Assembly (NCBI GenBank): GCA_965197745.1
Contig: CBDANS010000007.1
Span: 1,312,001-1,376,000, forward strand
Source: Opitutales bacterium
GTDB lineage: Bacteria; Verrucomicrobiota; Verrucomicrobiia; Opitutales; PNEW01
Direction: 5' to 3'
Length of the DNA: 64,000 nucleotides
Shown here: positions 19,572 through 32,856 of the stretch, piece by piece
Layout: each line of letters starts with the position of its first letter
Numbering within the stretch: position 1 is the stretch's first letter
Program-made: the position numbers and the translations under genes
Notes under the pieces: generated by a model
Seen by the model: only the letters and a program-made list of their open reading frames with translations
Database searches by the model: none
Told to the model about the DNA's origin: nothing

Positions 19572-20315
19572 TTGACCATACAAATGGATAAGATCGGGGC
19601 GATTCCGGCCTTTTCACCTTATTACCCTAGGCCACCTGCACGCTATCGATACAACAGATCGCAGTCAGTTTATTTCCGTGCAGATGCATCGGCAATCGAT
19701 CGGGTGTTACCTGCCTGTTTTGAGCTTACCGATAGCGGTTTATGCATCGCTCACGGCATATCTGTTGAGTGGTCGGCCCATTATGGAAAGTTTGAAGCCT
19801 GTAACCTGTATATTGAATGCGAATTCCAAGGTAAAGTTGGCTATTTCCGTGTTGTCTCATTTCTCAATACGAAATGCAGTATACCGGCGGGACGAGAAAT
19901 TTATGGAACGCCAAAAGTTTACGCTGATGTAAATGTTGGCATGGAGGAACGTGTGATGCATACCAAAGCCAATTTGAGCGGTACTGCGGTGATGAGCATT
20001 CGCTCAACCATGCACAAGGAATCGAACGTAAGTGAAATCCGTGCCCTGCAACCGATTTGGACGCTGAAGGTGATCCCGCGAGCCGACGGAAAGGGAGCCG
20101 ATGTTATGCAGCTTATCGATAGCACCAACGTGCAAGGCGACATAACCGTCCATATTTGCATGGCAGGGGATGGCGTCGTGCAGTTCAATCCATCACCCAC
20201 ATACAATCTCTTCGATTTTACACCCCTTGAGTATTATGGAACCTACTACCCGGAAAGAGACCACACCGATGGATTTGGCGAAATCGTCCACGACTTTAAA
20301 AATGAATCCTTGTAA
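19572..20315 (+). CDS. Acetoacetate decarboxylase family protein
   Basis: SPYYPRPP, GREIYGTPK Schiff-base Lys motif, LKVIP. Confidence 0.85.
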   Translation: MTIQMDKIGAIPAFSPYYPRPPARYRYNRSQSVYFRADASAIDRVLPACFELTDSGLCIAHGISVEWSAHYGKFEACNLYIECEFQGKVGYFRVVSFLNTKCSIPAGREIYGTPKVYADVNVGMEERVMHTKANLSGTAVMSIRSTMHKESNVSEIRALQPIWTLKVIPRADGKGADVMQLIDSTNVQGDITVHICMAGDGVVQFNPSPTYNLFDFTPLEYYGTYYPERDHTDGFGEIVHDFKNESL

Positions 20316-22301
20316 ATCCGGAAAATCTTATCGGGTGATGGGAATATTGTTTTCGTTCGTGGCGCTTAACACAGCTTTATTGGGAACGAGGTTGGTTTCC
20401 CATCCGATGGATCCTTTGACTTCCGATGAGTACGTTGCGATTATAACGATTTTAAAAGCGGAGGAATTAGTCGATGATTCCAGCCGCTATTCTCTGATAT
20501 CTTTGCAGGAGCCCGATAAGGCCTCCGTGTTGCGCTGGAAACCGGGTTCCACCCCCTGCCGAGGGTTGCGTTTGCCATCGTTAAAAAAGGCGCTGACACC
20601 TTCGAGGTGATTGTTGAGATTGACCGGCACAAGGTGGTTTCCTGGAAACAGATTCCCGGTGTGCAGCCCGGCGTGCTGATCGAGGAATGGACTCTTGCCC
20701 AGAAAATCGTACAATCGAATCCTGAATGGCAGGCTGCCGTGAAGAAAAGAGGAATCACCGAATTTGAGAAGGTCGTGTGCATTCCCCTTACCGCCGGCTA
20801 TTTCGGCCTGGCTGAAGAGGAGGGAAGGCGGCTTTTCAAGGTTGTCAGTTTCGATGGACGGAACACAAATAATTTTTGGGGAAGGCCGATTGAGGGGATA
20901 ACGGCCGTTGTAGATGTCGAAAAGGGTGAAGTCATTAAGTTGATCGACACCGGTATGGTTCCATTACCGGATACGCCCATCGATCTCGATGAGGGTTCTG
21001 TAGGTCCATTACGCAAGGCGGCAAACCCCATCTCGATTACTCAGCCAAAAGGCGCGAACTTTACTCTCGATGGTCATCAAGTGAGCTGGCAGAACTGGGG
21101 GTTTCATTTCCGCATCGATCCACGGCTTGGTCCTGTGATTTCGACAGTGAGTTACGATGACAACGGTAAAACGCGCTCGATCCTCTATCAGGGCTCCTTA
21201 TCGGAAATGTTTGTTCCGTATATGGATCCCGATATTGGATGGTATTTCCGTACCTATCTAGACGCAGGTGAGTATGGCGTGGGCAAGCTGGCAGCGCCGT
21301 TGCAAAAAGGTCTGGATGCCCCTGAGAACGCGATTTATTTTGACGCCGTTTTTGCAGACGACCGGGGGCAACCCTACGACCAGCAAAATGTGGCCTGCCT
21401 CTTTGAGCGTTACGCAGGTGATATGGAATGGCGTCACTACGAGGGCAACAATGGCCAAAGCGATGTCCGTAAAAGAACAGAACTTGTATTACGTTTCATT
21501 TCGGCGATCGGCAACTACGACTACATCATCGATATTGCGTTCGGCTTAACCGGGTCTATTAAAATGGCTCTTGGCGCAAGTGGCGTCGATCAAGTCGCGG
21601 CGGTACAAAACCGTACCGTCGCAGACACAACTAAGGACCATAATATAGCCTACGGCCGCATGGTAGCAGAACACACGGTGGCCATCAACCACGACCACTT
21701 CTTTTCATTCCGGCTCGATTTCGATGTCGATGGCACTGAAAACAGTCTTCTCCTCGATCGACTCAAACCGGTGAGTTTGGACGCTGATACTCCACGGAAA
21801 AGTATTTGGGTGATCGATCCGCACATTGCCGAGACCGAACAAGCGGCTAAGTTGCGGATTAATATTGAAAAGCCCGCCCTCTGGCGCGTCATCAACCCTA
21901 ATGTCAGTGGGCCGCTTGGCTATCCAGTCAGTTACCAACTCAAGTTCAAAGCCAATGCCATTTCGTTAATGACTCCCAATGATTTTCCACAGAAACGAGC
22001 CGGATTCACAGACTACCATCTTTGGGTGACTCCCTACAATACTGATGAGCGCTATGCGGGTGGGACTTACCCAAACCAAAGCAAGGGCCACGATGGGTTA
22101 CCCGCATGGACACAGACCAATCGCCCCATCGAAAATACCGATATCGTACTTTGGTACACGCTTGGATTTCATCATGTTGTGCGAGCGGAAGATTGGCCGG
22201 TGCTACCAACAGTCTGGCATGAGTTCGAAATTCGGCCCTTCGATTTTTTTGAACGCAATCCGGCTATTGATCTACCCACCACTGTGGAAAATCCGAACTA
22301 A
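20302..22301 (+). pseudogene. tynA: Copper-containing primary amine oxidase with one frameshift near 20550
   Basis: HPMDPLT N2 domain in the first frame; TPQ motif GNYDY, HDH and FHH..RAEDWP in the second frame; the frames join at CCACCCCCTG. Confidence 0.88.
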
Positions 22302-22603
22302 TGATTGAACTGAACCATTCCGACATCGTCTTCGCCCTGTGAGCTTCAGTCGTTGTCCTGTCTCACATTTTAACACGCCAAAGTTTTACGACGGCGGGTA
22401 GCGAGAGGACTATGCCTTGACAAAACAATCTTCAGCAGCTGTCACATAATGACAGTATTCATCTAATGCTACACCATATTCAAGTTGCTGTAATGTCATA
22501 TAAATATTAGTTATATACGTATAAAAACTATTGCTTTGAATAATAAAAAATATTTTTGTCAGCTATATGGTGTATTGAATTAAAAAAATGAAAAATTCTA
22601 TAA

Positions 22604-24820
<2,217 letters not shown>

Positions 24821-24901
24821 TCTTTGTGACCTCACTACACAAGTGAATAAGCTCGGTGGCCAGTCCACCAGCCTGTAGGTTTACTCGGCGAGACCATCGA
24901 T

Positions 24902-24946
24902 GGTGTTGATCCAAATAAAATTCGGGCGTGCCATTCGAGACCTTAA
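24902..24946 (-). pseudogene. 5' remnant (upstream bases plus the first 11 codons) of a paralog of the 12742-14688 sulfatase
   Basis: 43/45 nt identical to 14656-14700; reads MARPNFIWINT versus MAHPNFLWINT. Confidence 0.85.
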
Positions 24947-25077
24947 TATTCAATCTGATTACGAATTACTCGAAAGCCACTATGTATTCTGTTCCTTATA
25001 TCCCTTAACTCCATAATCACTTATCCGCTTGAAATTATACTTCACTTGAGTGATATTATCACTGGATTATCTGATCT

Positions 25078-25107
25078 TTGAGAGTTTAGTAACTCTTAAC
25101 TTATAAT
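25078..25107 (+). promoter_or_regulatory. Sigma70-type promoter of ssrA
   Basis: TTGAGA-N18-TATAAT ending 8 nt before the tmRNA 5' end. Confidence 0.6.
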
Positions 25108-25114
25108 TGAATTT

Positions 25115-25477
<363 letters not shown>

Positions 25478-25527
25478 TCGACATTTTGCCAAAATTTGCT
25501 AATCCTAATTAGCAATTTTTAATTTAC

Positions 25528-26152
25528 ATGGCAAAACAGAGATTTAAAATCACCAAGTTTACCAACCCGGGTGGGTCAGAAGCCTGGCGCTTATCCGGCA
25601 CCCTAAACGGTAAGCAGATCCGGAAAAATTTCAAGTCCCGCAACGATGCCGTCGCCGAGCGTCAACGGTTATCGATCCGCTATTTAAACGAACAATCAGA
25701 AGGGCAGACGGTTTGGACCACCCTGACCCACGGGCAGAACAAAGAGGCTATTGCAGCTATTAATCTTCTTAAGCAAGCCAACTCCAGTAAGCCTCTCACC
25801 TTCGTGGTTAACTATTTTTTAGAGCATTATAAAGAAGCCGCTGAGACCATGACAGTCGAAGAGGCTATCCGGGAGTATTGCGATCATAAATCCAAGGAAA
25901 TGGAGCGTGGGATCATCTCCTATCGGCAGGAACGCGCCATTGCCTTGGAGATGAGAAAATTAAAGTGCTATTTCGCGGGGCGGATGGTGAATGAAATTCA
26001 ACCGGAAGAGCTTAATACATACCTCGACACACGACACGCTTGCTCAAGGGCAGTGCCTTCCCTTAAAACTTGGAATAACCGCCGTGGATACCTAAGCACC
26101 TTTTTCAAGTACTGTGTAGCGAAAAAATATGTGGGAGAAAATCCGATTCTGT
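25528..26152 (+). pseudogene. Tyrosine integrase N-terminal and core-binding part, truncated by IS3
   Basis: Starts 57 nt after the tmRNA 3' end; arm-binding-like N-terminus (GKQIRKNF) and core-binding KTWNNRRGYLSTFFKY...ENP; the catalytic domain is missing. Confidence 0.8.
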
Positions 26153-27470
26153 TGGTCGTGACCACGAAAACTGGTACACTTGAAAAGTTAGTCTGGGTAA
26201 CCTAGAAAGGACTCAGACAATGAAAGGCAAAAGATACACAACTGAAGAGAAAATACGGATGCTGCGGCAGGCGGACAAAGGGAAAACGATCCTGGAAGCA
26301 TGCCGCGAGAACAACATTAGCGAACAGACCTTCCACCGCTGGAAACGTGAGTTTGGGATGATTGATGTCAACCAGGCCAAGCGGATGAAGGAGCTCGAGA
26401 AGGAGAACGCGCGGTTAAAACGGATGCTGGCGGACAAGATGCTGGGGATAGAGATCCTGCAGGAGACCCTCGAAAAAAAACTGTAAGCCCTGGGCACAAG
26501 CGGCAAGTGGCAGAGAGACTTGTGACTCGGGGCCAGTGTTCGATGCGAGCGGGGTGCCGGTACTTTCGGCTGCACCGTTCCACCTATGCGTATAGGGCCA
26601 AGCATCCGGATGCCTGGCTAACGGAAACTAAAAGCGGCAGTAAGGCGGTTATCACGGCAATACGCGAGGTGGGGCTATCCCAAGATCACGAAGCTGTTGA
26701 AGGACGAAGGCTGGCAGGTGGGTAAACGTCTCGTGCAAGGTCTGCGACGTGAACTGGGTCTGGCGATCCCCCCACGCAAGCCAAGACGCCGGCGCAGGGG
26801 TGTCTGCACCGGGCTACCGACAAAGGCCGAACATCCCGACCATGTTTGGACCTGGGATTTTATCCACGATAAGACGGTCCGCGGTGGCAGTTTAAAAATG
26901 TTGACCGTGCTCGATGAGTACACCCGCGAGTGCCGGGTGATCCATGTTGATCGCCATATCAATGCGGAAACGGTGCGCGGTATCATGCAAAAACTGCTCG
27001 ACCGGCATGGGCCGCCAAAATATATTCGCAGTGACAACGGTTCCGTTCCGAGGAGCGAAGCGACGACATGCAAAGCCATTCATTGAAAAGGAATTGAGAG
27101 CCTGGCTAACTGCGATGAAAATCAAAACCCTCTATATCGAACCAGGAAGCCCTTGGCAGAACGGATACATCGAATCGTTGCATGCCCGTTTTCGCGAGGA
27201 GTGTTTAAACCGTGAACAGCTATGGACTTTGACCGAAGCCCGCGTGGTGATCGAGGACTGGCGCTGGCTTTACAATAATGTCCGACCCCACCGCAGCCTC
27301 GGCAATATCACCCCACGGTGCTTCGCTGAAGACATTAATACCGAAGGCTTGGGCTCCATTCGGGCTACGCCCTCATTGCGCCCAAGCCTTGACTTCCTCT
27401 ACCAACTTAACTTCAACATTAACCTCTCCAGACTAACTCTCTCGGTGGACCAGTTTACGTAACCCGATCA
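26153..27470 (+). mobile_element. IS3-family element, type 1, copy A (defective)
   Basis: IRs TGGTCGTGACCACG...CGTAACCCGATCA; orfA 26220-26486; extra G near 26623 and a 32-nt insert at 27046-27077. Confidence 0.95.
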
Positions 27471-28417
27471 CAGGTTTAGGCACCCAGTTGACAGATTGGC
27501 TCTTGTTTTCTGGTCTTGTTGAAATAGAGAAAGAATATAAGAAAAACAATTTCAGCAACGGTTTAGAGAGGACCGAGGATGGCGACATTATTCCTACCGT
27601 CCAGATTGGATTAGATTTCACCTTCACTGATTGGCTGGAAGCTGAATTTATTTATGAAGCTGAATACGACAGACGATTTAGAGATCAAATTGATGAAGGC
27701 CTGATCGCTTTGAATTTGGGGAAGTGGGGTGTGAATTTTGGCCGACAATTCCCCGCTTTTGGTGAATATTACAGTCACTTTGTCACAGGACCGTTACTGG
27801 AATTTGGCGAGATCCGTAAAACTTCTGTCATTGTCGATTATTCATTCAATGATCAGGTCGAAGTATCCGGCTTTATCTTTGAAGGGGATATTGATAAAGT
27901 TGGAAACTATAAAGAAAATGATTGGGGACTGAGCTTTGAATATGTTTCAGAGAATGAAGCTATTAGATTCGGTGCCAGTTATCTTTCTGACCTTGCGGAA
28001 ACCGATCAGAAGTTACTTGAAGAGGCCTTTAGCTATGAGCGACGGGTTTCGGGTTGGAGTGCTTATGCCCTGATGGGGATGAATGAATTTGAAGTGACCG
28101 CGGAAATTGTCCAGGCAACCGGTACCTTTGCGGAGTTTGATTCGAATGTTGATAAACCCTCTTCTTACAACATCGAGTTCGCTTATTTCCCAACCCAATC
28201 GATGCAAATCGCGATGCGCTTGGAAAATAGTGATGAACTGGAAGATGAGCCCGAGTGGCAGTATGGAGCTGCACTGACCTGGCGAATTGCCAACCTTTTC
28301 AATCTTACCGTGGATTACTTATATGGAGATTATAAAGATGGGTTTGTTCTTGATGATGATGACAACGAGTTGGATCACAGGCACCTGATTGCTGCCCAGT
28401 TTGCATTGGAATTTTAG
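27471..28417 (+). pseudogene. LbtU-like outer-membrane porin, 5'-truncated by IS3
   Basis: Acidic beta-barrel pattern, FGEYYSHFVTGPLLEFGE, C-terminal Phe (FALEF); no signal peptide and the frame is open to the IS end. Confidence 0.65.
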
Positions 28418-28482
28418 AGGGATGACGATCCACGCTTTTACTATGTGCTCTTATTTAAATTTGAGGAAAGGGTTTTAAGCAG

Positions 28483-29982
28483 ATGATTAAGATGGACAAT
28501 AAACAGAAGCGGGATTTTTCTGTCCCCTTTTTGGCTTCCATTCGATTTCGTATTTTCACCTTAGTTATTCTGATTACAATTATAACGATCACGCTCTTAG
28601 AGATCTATACGCTTCAACAATTTGAAAAAGCCACGACTATTGAACTGGAGCATGAGGGACTTTTATTATCAGATACCCTGGAATCGATTATCAATCCATT
28701 GATTGAGGCTGAAAAGTTCACCGAGATTCAAGCCCACATCGATCAACTCGTTGCCGCTCGCGAAGTAAATGACATCGAAATGAATGTCATAATGATTGAA
28801 GAAGACAATTCAACTATTGTGGCCAGTAATATCGCTGACAATATTGAGGCTGCGGATGAAGAAGGGCACCTCAATCTTTTAAATGCCTTGAACAATGCCC
28901 AACCTATAATAATTATCGACCGTGATGATGATCCAGATGACTTAGTTGACGTTCATCTTCCCTCTCACCCCGATTACTATTTTTCTGGCGGGCAGCGATT
29001 TCTCAGCATCACAACCCCATTAAAGGTTCAAAATAAGCAGGGGGGAATTAACCTGAAATTATCATTGGGCCGCCTCGATGAAAAACTGAACACAATTCGT
29101 TGGGCGATGATTATTGCTGGAGCCATAGGGACAGTTATCATCATTGTCATTGCCGGCGTATTGTTAAATCGCCATGTCTTCTTCCCTTTGCAAAACGTAA
29201 GAAATAATATGTCTTATATTGCGAACGGTGAACTGAATCGACAGGTTCCCATCGACCGTCCTGATGAAATTGGGGTTTTAACTCGTGACTTTAACAGTAT
29301 GGCACAGCAATTAGAGCGAACGCAGTCACAACTCCACCAATATTTGAATCCCATGGCCATAGCTGAAGCCTATCGACGCGCCAGTGACAGAGAGGCGCAG
29401 CCTTTAGCAGAGGAAAAATCAATTACCGTATTATTTGTCGATATTGTTTCCTTCACCTCAATGTCAGAAAAATTAGGGCCCAATCAGACCGTAGCTTTCT
29501 TGAATCGTTATTATGACATCGTGACCGTTGCCCTCGTTGATTCGGGGGGCTATATTGATAAATTTGTCGCGGATGAGATTGTTTGTATCTTTGACAATAA
29601 TAATCATCCGGATCGGGCGGTAGAAGCCGCTCGTGAAATCCTTGATCTATTGAATACCCCGGATGAAAATGGCAGTCAGACGCAAGCGCGTATCGGAATC
29701 AACACTGGGGTATGTATTGTCGCTGACGTGGGCAGCAAGTTAGTGGGAAAACTGGATCGGACAATTATCGGAGACACCGTCAATATTGCTCAACGAATTA
29801 TGAGTAAGGCGGAACCTAATACTGCACTGATTTCCGAGACAACCTATGCTGCGTTGAAACAGGATACGCATGATATTTCTTTATTGGGTATGCAAGAGCT
29901 GAAAGGGAAGAGTAAACCTGTAATGGCTTATCAGTTATCTGCCTCTGATAAGCCCATAGATACCGCTTCCGCATTATCATAA
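28483..29982 (+). CDS. Membrane class III adenylate/guanylate cyclase with HAMP domain
   Basis: Two TM segments, HAMP (DEIGVLTRDFNSM), VLFVDIVSFT, DKFVAD, RIGINTG, IGDTVNIAQR. Confidence 0.92.
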   Translation: MIKMDNKQKRDFSVPFLASIRFRIFTLVILITIITITLLEIYTLQQFEKATTIELEHEGLLLSDTLESIINPLIEAEKFTEIQAHIDQLVAAREVNDIEMNVIMIEEDNSTIVASNIADNIEAADEEGHLNLLNALNNAQPIIIIDRDDDPDDLVDVHLPSHPDYYFSGGQRFLSITTPLKVQNKQGGINLKLSLGRLDEKLNTIRWAMIIAGAIGTVIIIVIAGVLLNRHVFFPLQNVRNNMSYIANGELNRQVPIDRPDEIGVLTRDFNSMAQQLERTQSQLHQYLNPMAIAEAYRRASDREAQPLAEEKSITVLFVDIVSFTSMSEKLGPNQTVAFLNRYYDIVTVALVDSGGYIDKFVADEIVCIFDNNNHPDRAVEAAREILDLLNTPDENGSQTQARIGINTGVCIVADVGSKLVGKLDRTIIGDTVNIAQRIMSKAEPNTALISETTYAALKQDTHDISLLGMQELKGKSKPVMAYQLSASDKPIDTASALS

Positions 29983-30068
29983 TCGGGCAGGCTCACCTAT
30001 GGCAGAACCCTCAATTAACACAGAATAGAAGATGCTTGGGCGCTGCCTGGTATGCTCGATAAAACGAG

Positions 30069-30329
30069 ATGAATGATTCCGAGGCACGCAAAAAAGCGGC
30101 TGAATACCTCGCGGCCAATCCCTTAGAAAACCCCGATTACTCGTGGGTGCTAAGCGATTCCGTGGATGTGGGGGACAGCTGGTATTTTGATTACAGTTAT
30201 GAGCACAACAGCGATCTGCCTCAGGATCAATGGGATGCTTTTGGGGGTGCGCCCGGGTTCTTTATCGACAAGGTGAACGGAGCTATCCGCGACGTGTCCT
30301 GGGAGGAGCATAGTGACCGTGGTTTATGA
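30069..30329 (+). CDS. Small acidic protein, possibly YrhB/Imm35-like
   Basis: 86-aa ORF with EARKKA..., WYFDY and GAPGFFIDKVNG pattern. Confidence 0.45.
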   Translation: MNDSEARKKAAEYLAANPLENPDYSWVLSDSVDVGDSWYFDYSYEHNSDLPQDQWDAFGGAPGFFIDKVNGAIRDVSWEEHSDRGL

Positions 30330-30415
30330 CGGTGATATCAAGACTTTCGACCGGATATCGCTCTTGCGGTGTCGATTAACTTAGAGTTATACCGGGAGAA
30401 AGAAAACATCCTGAT

Positions 30416-30445
30416 AAAATGGTCGGGCCGGAGAGATTCGAACTC
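30416..30445 (-). repeat. att-type direct repeat of the tRNA-Pro 3' end
   Basis: AAAATGGTCGGGCCGGAGAGATTCGAACTC, identical to 32705-32734. Confidence 0.92.
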
Positions 30446-30610
30446 GAAAAAGCTATTTCACGTAAATTGTTGATATTCAACTAAAGAGTTTTATTACAAC
30501 AGGTTATACATTTCAGTCTGTAGCTGATCATTGCCGATTATCGCAGGTTTAGCACGTTATTGAGCAACCTTTTGATTTGAGTTCACCGATTATCTAACTT
30601 ACTTTGCAGA

Positions 30611-30748
30611 ATGAGCAAAACACCAAAGATAGTTAAAGTTGGAAAAAAGGATATTTCAAAGAAGGCAAAAACAGTAAAAGTTCGTATCACTGATGTAAGC
30701 CGCAAAAATAAGACTAGACCAGTAACGGTACGGGGACGAGGTCACTAA
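30611..30748 (+). CDS. Very basic 45-aa peptide (MSKTPKIVKVGKKDISKKAKTVKVRITDVSRKNKTRPVTVRGRGH)
   Basis: Clean ATG-TAA ORF with 16 K/R residues of 45; below the ORF-track cutoff. Confidence 0.4.
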   Translation: MSKTPKIVKVGKKDISKKAKTVKVRITDVSRKNKTRPVTVRGRGH

Positions 30749-30819
30749 ATCTTGATTTTTAATTTTAACCCCCATTCCGTTAACGCGTGCCGAGCATCCG
30801 TATACAACACGGCCAAGTT

Positions 30820-30888
30820 AAAAGGGGTCAGGCCTCGCATCGAAGCATTTTTTCATTTTTTGCTAGTATGCGAAGCCTGACCCCTTTT
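30820..30888. repeat. REP/MITE-like inverted repeat AAAAGGGGTCAGGCCTCGCAT...ATGCGAAGCCTGACCCCTTTT
   Basis: 21-nt arms with one mismatch, seen directly. Confidence 0.75.
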
Positions 30889-30992
30889 GTATTCCATCTT
30901 TCTATTAATAGCAGACTGTCGACTGATTACCTTGCTTCATGCACTGATCAATTAAAACGCACCCGATAGGCAATAGCCTTGCTATAAACCTG

Positions 30993-31685
30993 TTGGCTAA
31001 TAAAATGTCAGGCGTGATAGAGACAAAGGACATTTGCTGCATCGATAAGACTGGCGCTGTCGACCAGCTGGGTGAGCGCCAAACGGCAACTCTTCGTATA
31101 GTCTTAGTAGTGAATGCTGCGATGTTTGTGGTGGAGTTTGTGTCGGGAGTGCTCGCTGGGTCCGTGGCTCTGCTCGCTGATTCCCTCGACATGCTCGGTG
31201 ACGTCTTTGTTTACGGTTTCAGTCTCTACGTTGTCTCGAGAGGCCCAGTGTGGAAAACACGGGCTGCTGTGGCGAAAGCGGCTGTGATGGGACTATTCGG
31301 TTTGTTTGTCTTAGGACAGCTCGTCTACAAGCTCTTTTTTCCTCAAGTTCCAACCGTCGAGACAATGGGTATGGTTGGTGCTCTTGTGCTTTCGGCGAAT
31401 GCCGTTTGCTTTGCCTTGCTTTGGCACCACCGCGCCGAGGATATTAATATGAGGTCGGTGTGGCTTTGCTCGCGAAACGATCTCATCGCGAACGTCTCGG
31501 TGTTGTTTGCGGCGTTGGCCGTGTGGATGACGCATTCGCCTTGGCCGGATATTATAGTCGGCGGGCTCATCTGTACCTTGTTCTTTCGTTCGGCATTCTT
31601 TGTTGCTCAAGAAGCGCGCACCGAGCTGGGGGTGAATCACACCCAACCAACCGCTGCCCCCTCTTTCCCCTCAATTGAAAATTAA
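30993..31685 (+). CDS. CDF-type cation (Co/Zn/Cd) transporter lacking the C-terminal domain
   Basis: SVALLADSLDMLGD, INMRSVWLCSRND, WPD; about six TM helices. Confidence 0.88.
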   Translation: MANKMSGVIETKDICCIDKTGAVDQLGERQTATLRIVLVVNAAMFVVEFVSGVLAGSVALLADSLDMLGDVFVYGFSLYVVSRGPVWKTRAAVAKAAVMGLFGLFVLGQLVYKLFFPQVPTVETMGMVGALVLSANAVCFALLWHHRAEDINMRSVWLCSRNDLIANVSVLFAALAVWMTHSPWPDIIVGGLICTLFFRSAFFVAQEARTELGVNHTQPTAAPSFPSIEN

Positions 31686-31740
31686 TCGACAAAGTGAAGC
31701 AGGGCGCACAAGCGCCTTGAGAGTCGTGATTTTTAAAACT

Positions 31741-32520
31741 TTAATCTACATCGAGTATCCAGCGGAGCGTACTTGAAAGCCGGTTAACCGTTTCCGGTCT
31801 CATGTACTCGCGTTGATTGGTCTGTTGCTCATCTTCACGCTGGCAAAAGTAGCAGTGCATGGCGTGTCTCGACGTGTTGCTTTTATTCTTAGAACCCCCG
31901 TGCCAGAGTTGGGAGTTAAAAACGACAACCGTTCCCGCAGGCGCGATCAATTGTATCTGCTCGGGGTGCATCGCATAGGTATCTTCCATTTCGTCTCGAG
32001 GTATTTTTCCCTTTCGATGACTGCCGGGCACAATTCTTGTCGCCCCGTTTGTTTTATTAAAATCGTCAATTAACCAGATAGAATTACAGGCCACTTTTCC
32101 CCATGCACCGGGTTTTACCGGTTTACCATAATCCTCATGAAGACGTTGAAGTCCATCTCCTGGCAATGCTTCACGACTATTTAACGATGAATGTTTAAAA
32201 TCTTTTTGCAGGACATGCGCGATTGCAGCAAGCACCTTTGGTTGAGTAATACAAACCTCGAACCTGGGATCTTTATCGATAAGGTTACCCAACATCCTGG
32301 ACCCCTCTTCCTGGTAGACTTCACTTCCTGCGTCTTCACCTTCCAGTTTTACCAACTCATCGAGTCGTGCGGAAAATGCTTTTAGCTGATCGGGTGAAAG
32401 AACATCGCGTATAACTAAATAGCCCTGATCATCGAGAAATTGTCGCTCATCCTCGGTTAACAGGTCGGACGTGACATCGAGATCAGCCAAGGCTTGTTCC
32501 ATCTTTTGAGAAAAACTCAT
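31741..32520 (-). CDS. PhyH family dioxygenase
   Basis: FLDDQGYLVI, LHED, NGATRIVPGSH, WHGGSKN. Confidence 0.92.
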   Translation of the reverse strand: MSFSQKMEQALADLDVTSDLLTEDERQFLDDQGYLVIRDVLSPDQLKAFSARLDELVKLEGEDAGSEVYQEEGSRMLGNLIDKDPRFEVCITQPKVLAAIAHVLQKDFKHSSLNSREALPGDGLQRLHEDYGKPVKPGAWGKVACNSIWLIDDFNKTNGATRIVPGSHRKGKIPRDEMEDTYAMHPEQIQLIAPAGTVVVFNSQLWHGGSKNKSNTSRHAMHCYFCQREDEQQTNQREYMRPETVNRLSSTLRWILDVD

Positions 32521-32708
32521 ATGCGTTACTTGTTAGAGATGAAACTAAAGGTTAGAAAAAATCAGTAAACAGAGAAAATGCAACGCGTATTCTCTTCTCA
32601 CTTTTTGACTGTTTGACTATCGTCATTCGACTATGTTCATACGGTCGGTGGAGACCATAGTAGTTTGATAATAAGGCAAATAATTGGTAATAATCGCCTT
32701 GATAAAAA

Positions 32709-32785
32709 TGGTCGGGCCGGAGAGATTCGAACTCTCGACCCCTTGCACCCCATGCAAGTACGCTACCAGACTGCGCTACGGCCCG
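32709..32785 (-). tRNA. tRNA-Pro(GGG)
   Basis: Cloverleaf CGGGCCG...CGGCCCG-ACCA; anticodon arm CTTGC-AT GGG GT-GCAAG; TTCGAAT T-loop. Confidence 0.97.
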
Positions 32786-32856
32786 ACCGTAAAAGTTCGA
32801 ATCTGCACTAAGATTTCAGGCCACGTCAAGTTAAAGATTAATCGTGGACAATGAGA

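Noticed and set aside
27471..31685. Integron cassette array
   Set aside because: I found no attC-like RYYYAAC...GTTRRRY sites, and neither integrase is recognisably IntI.
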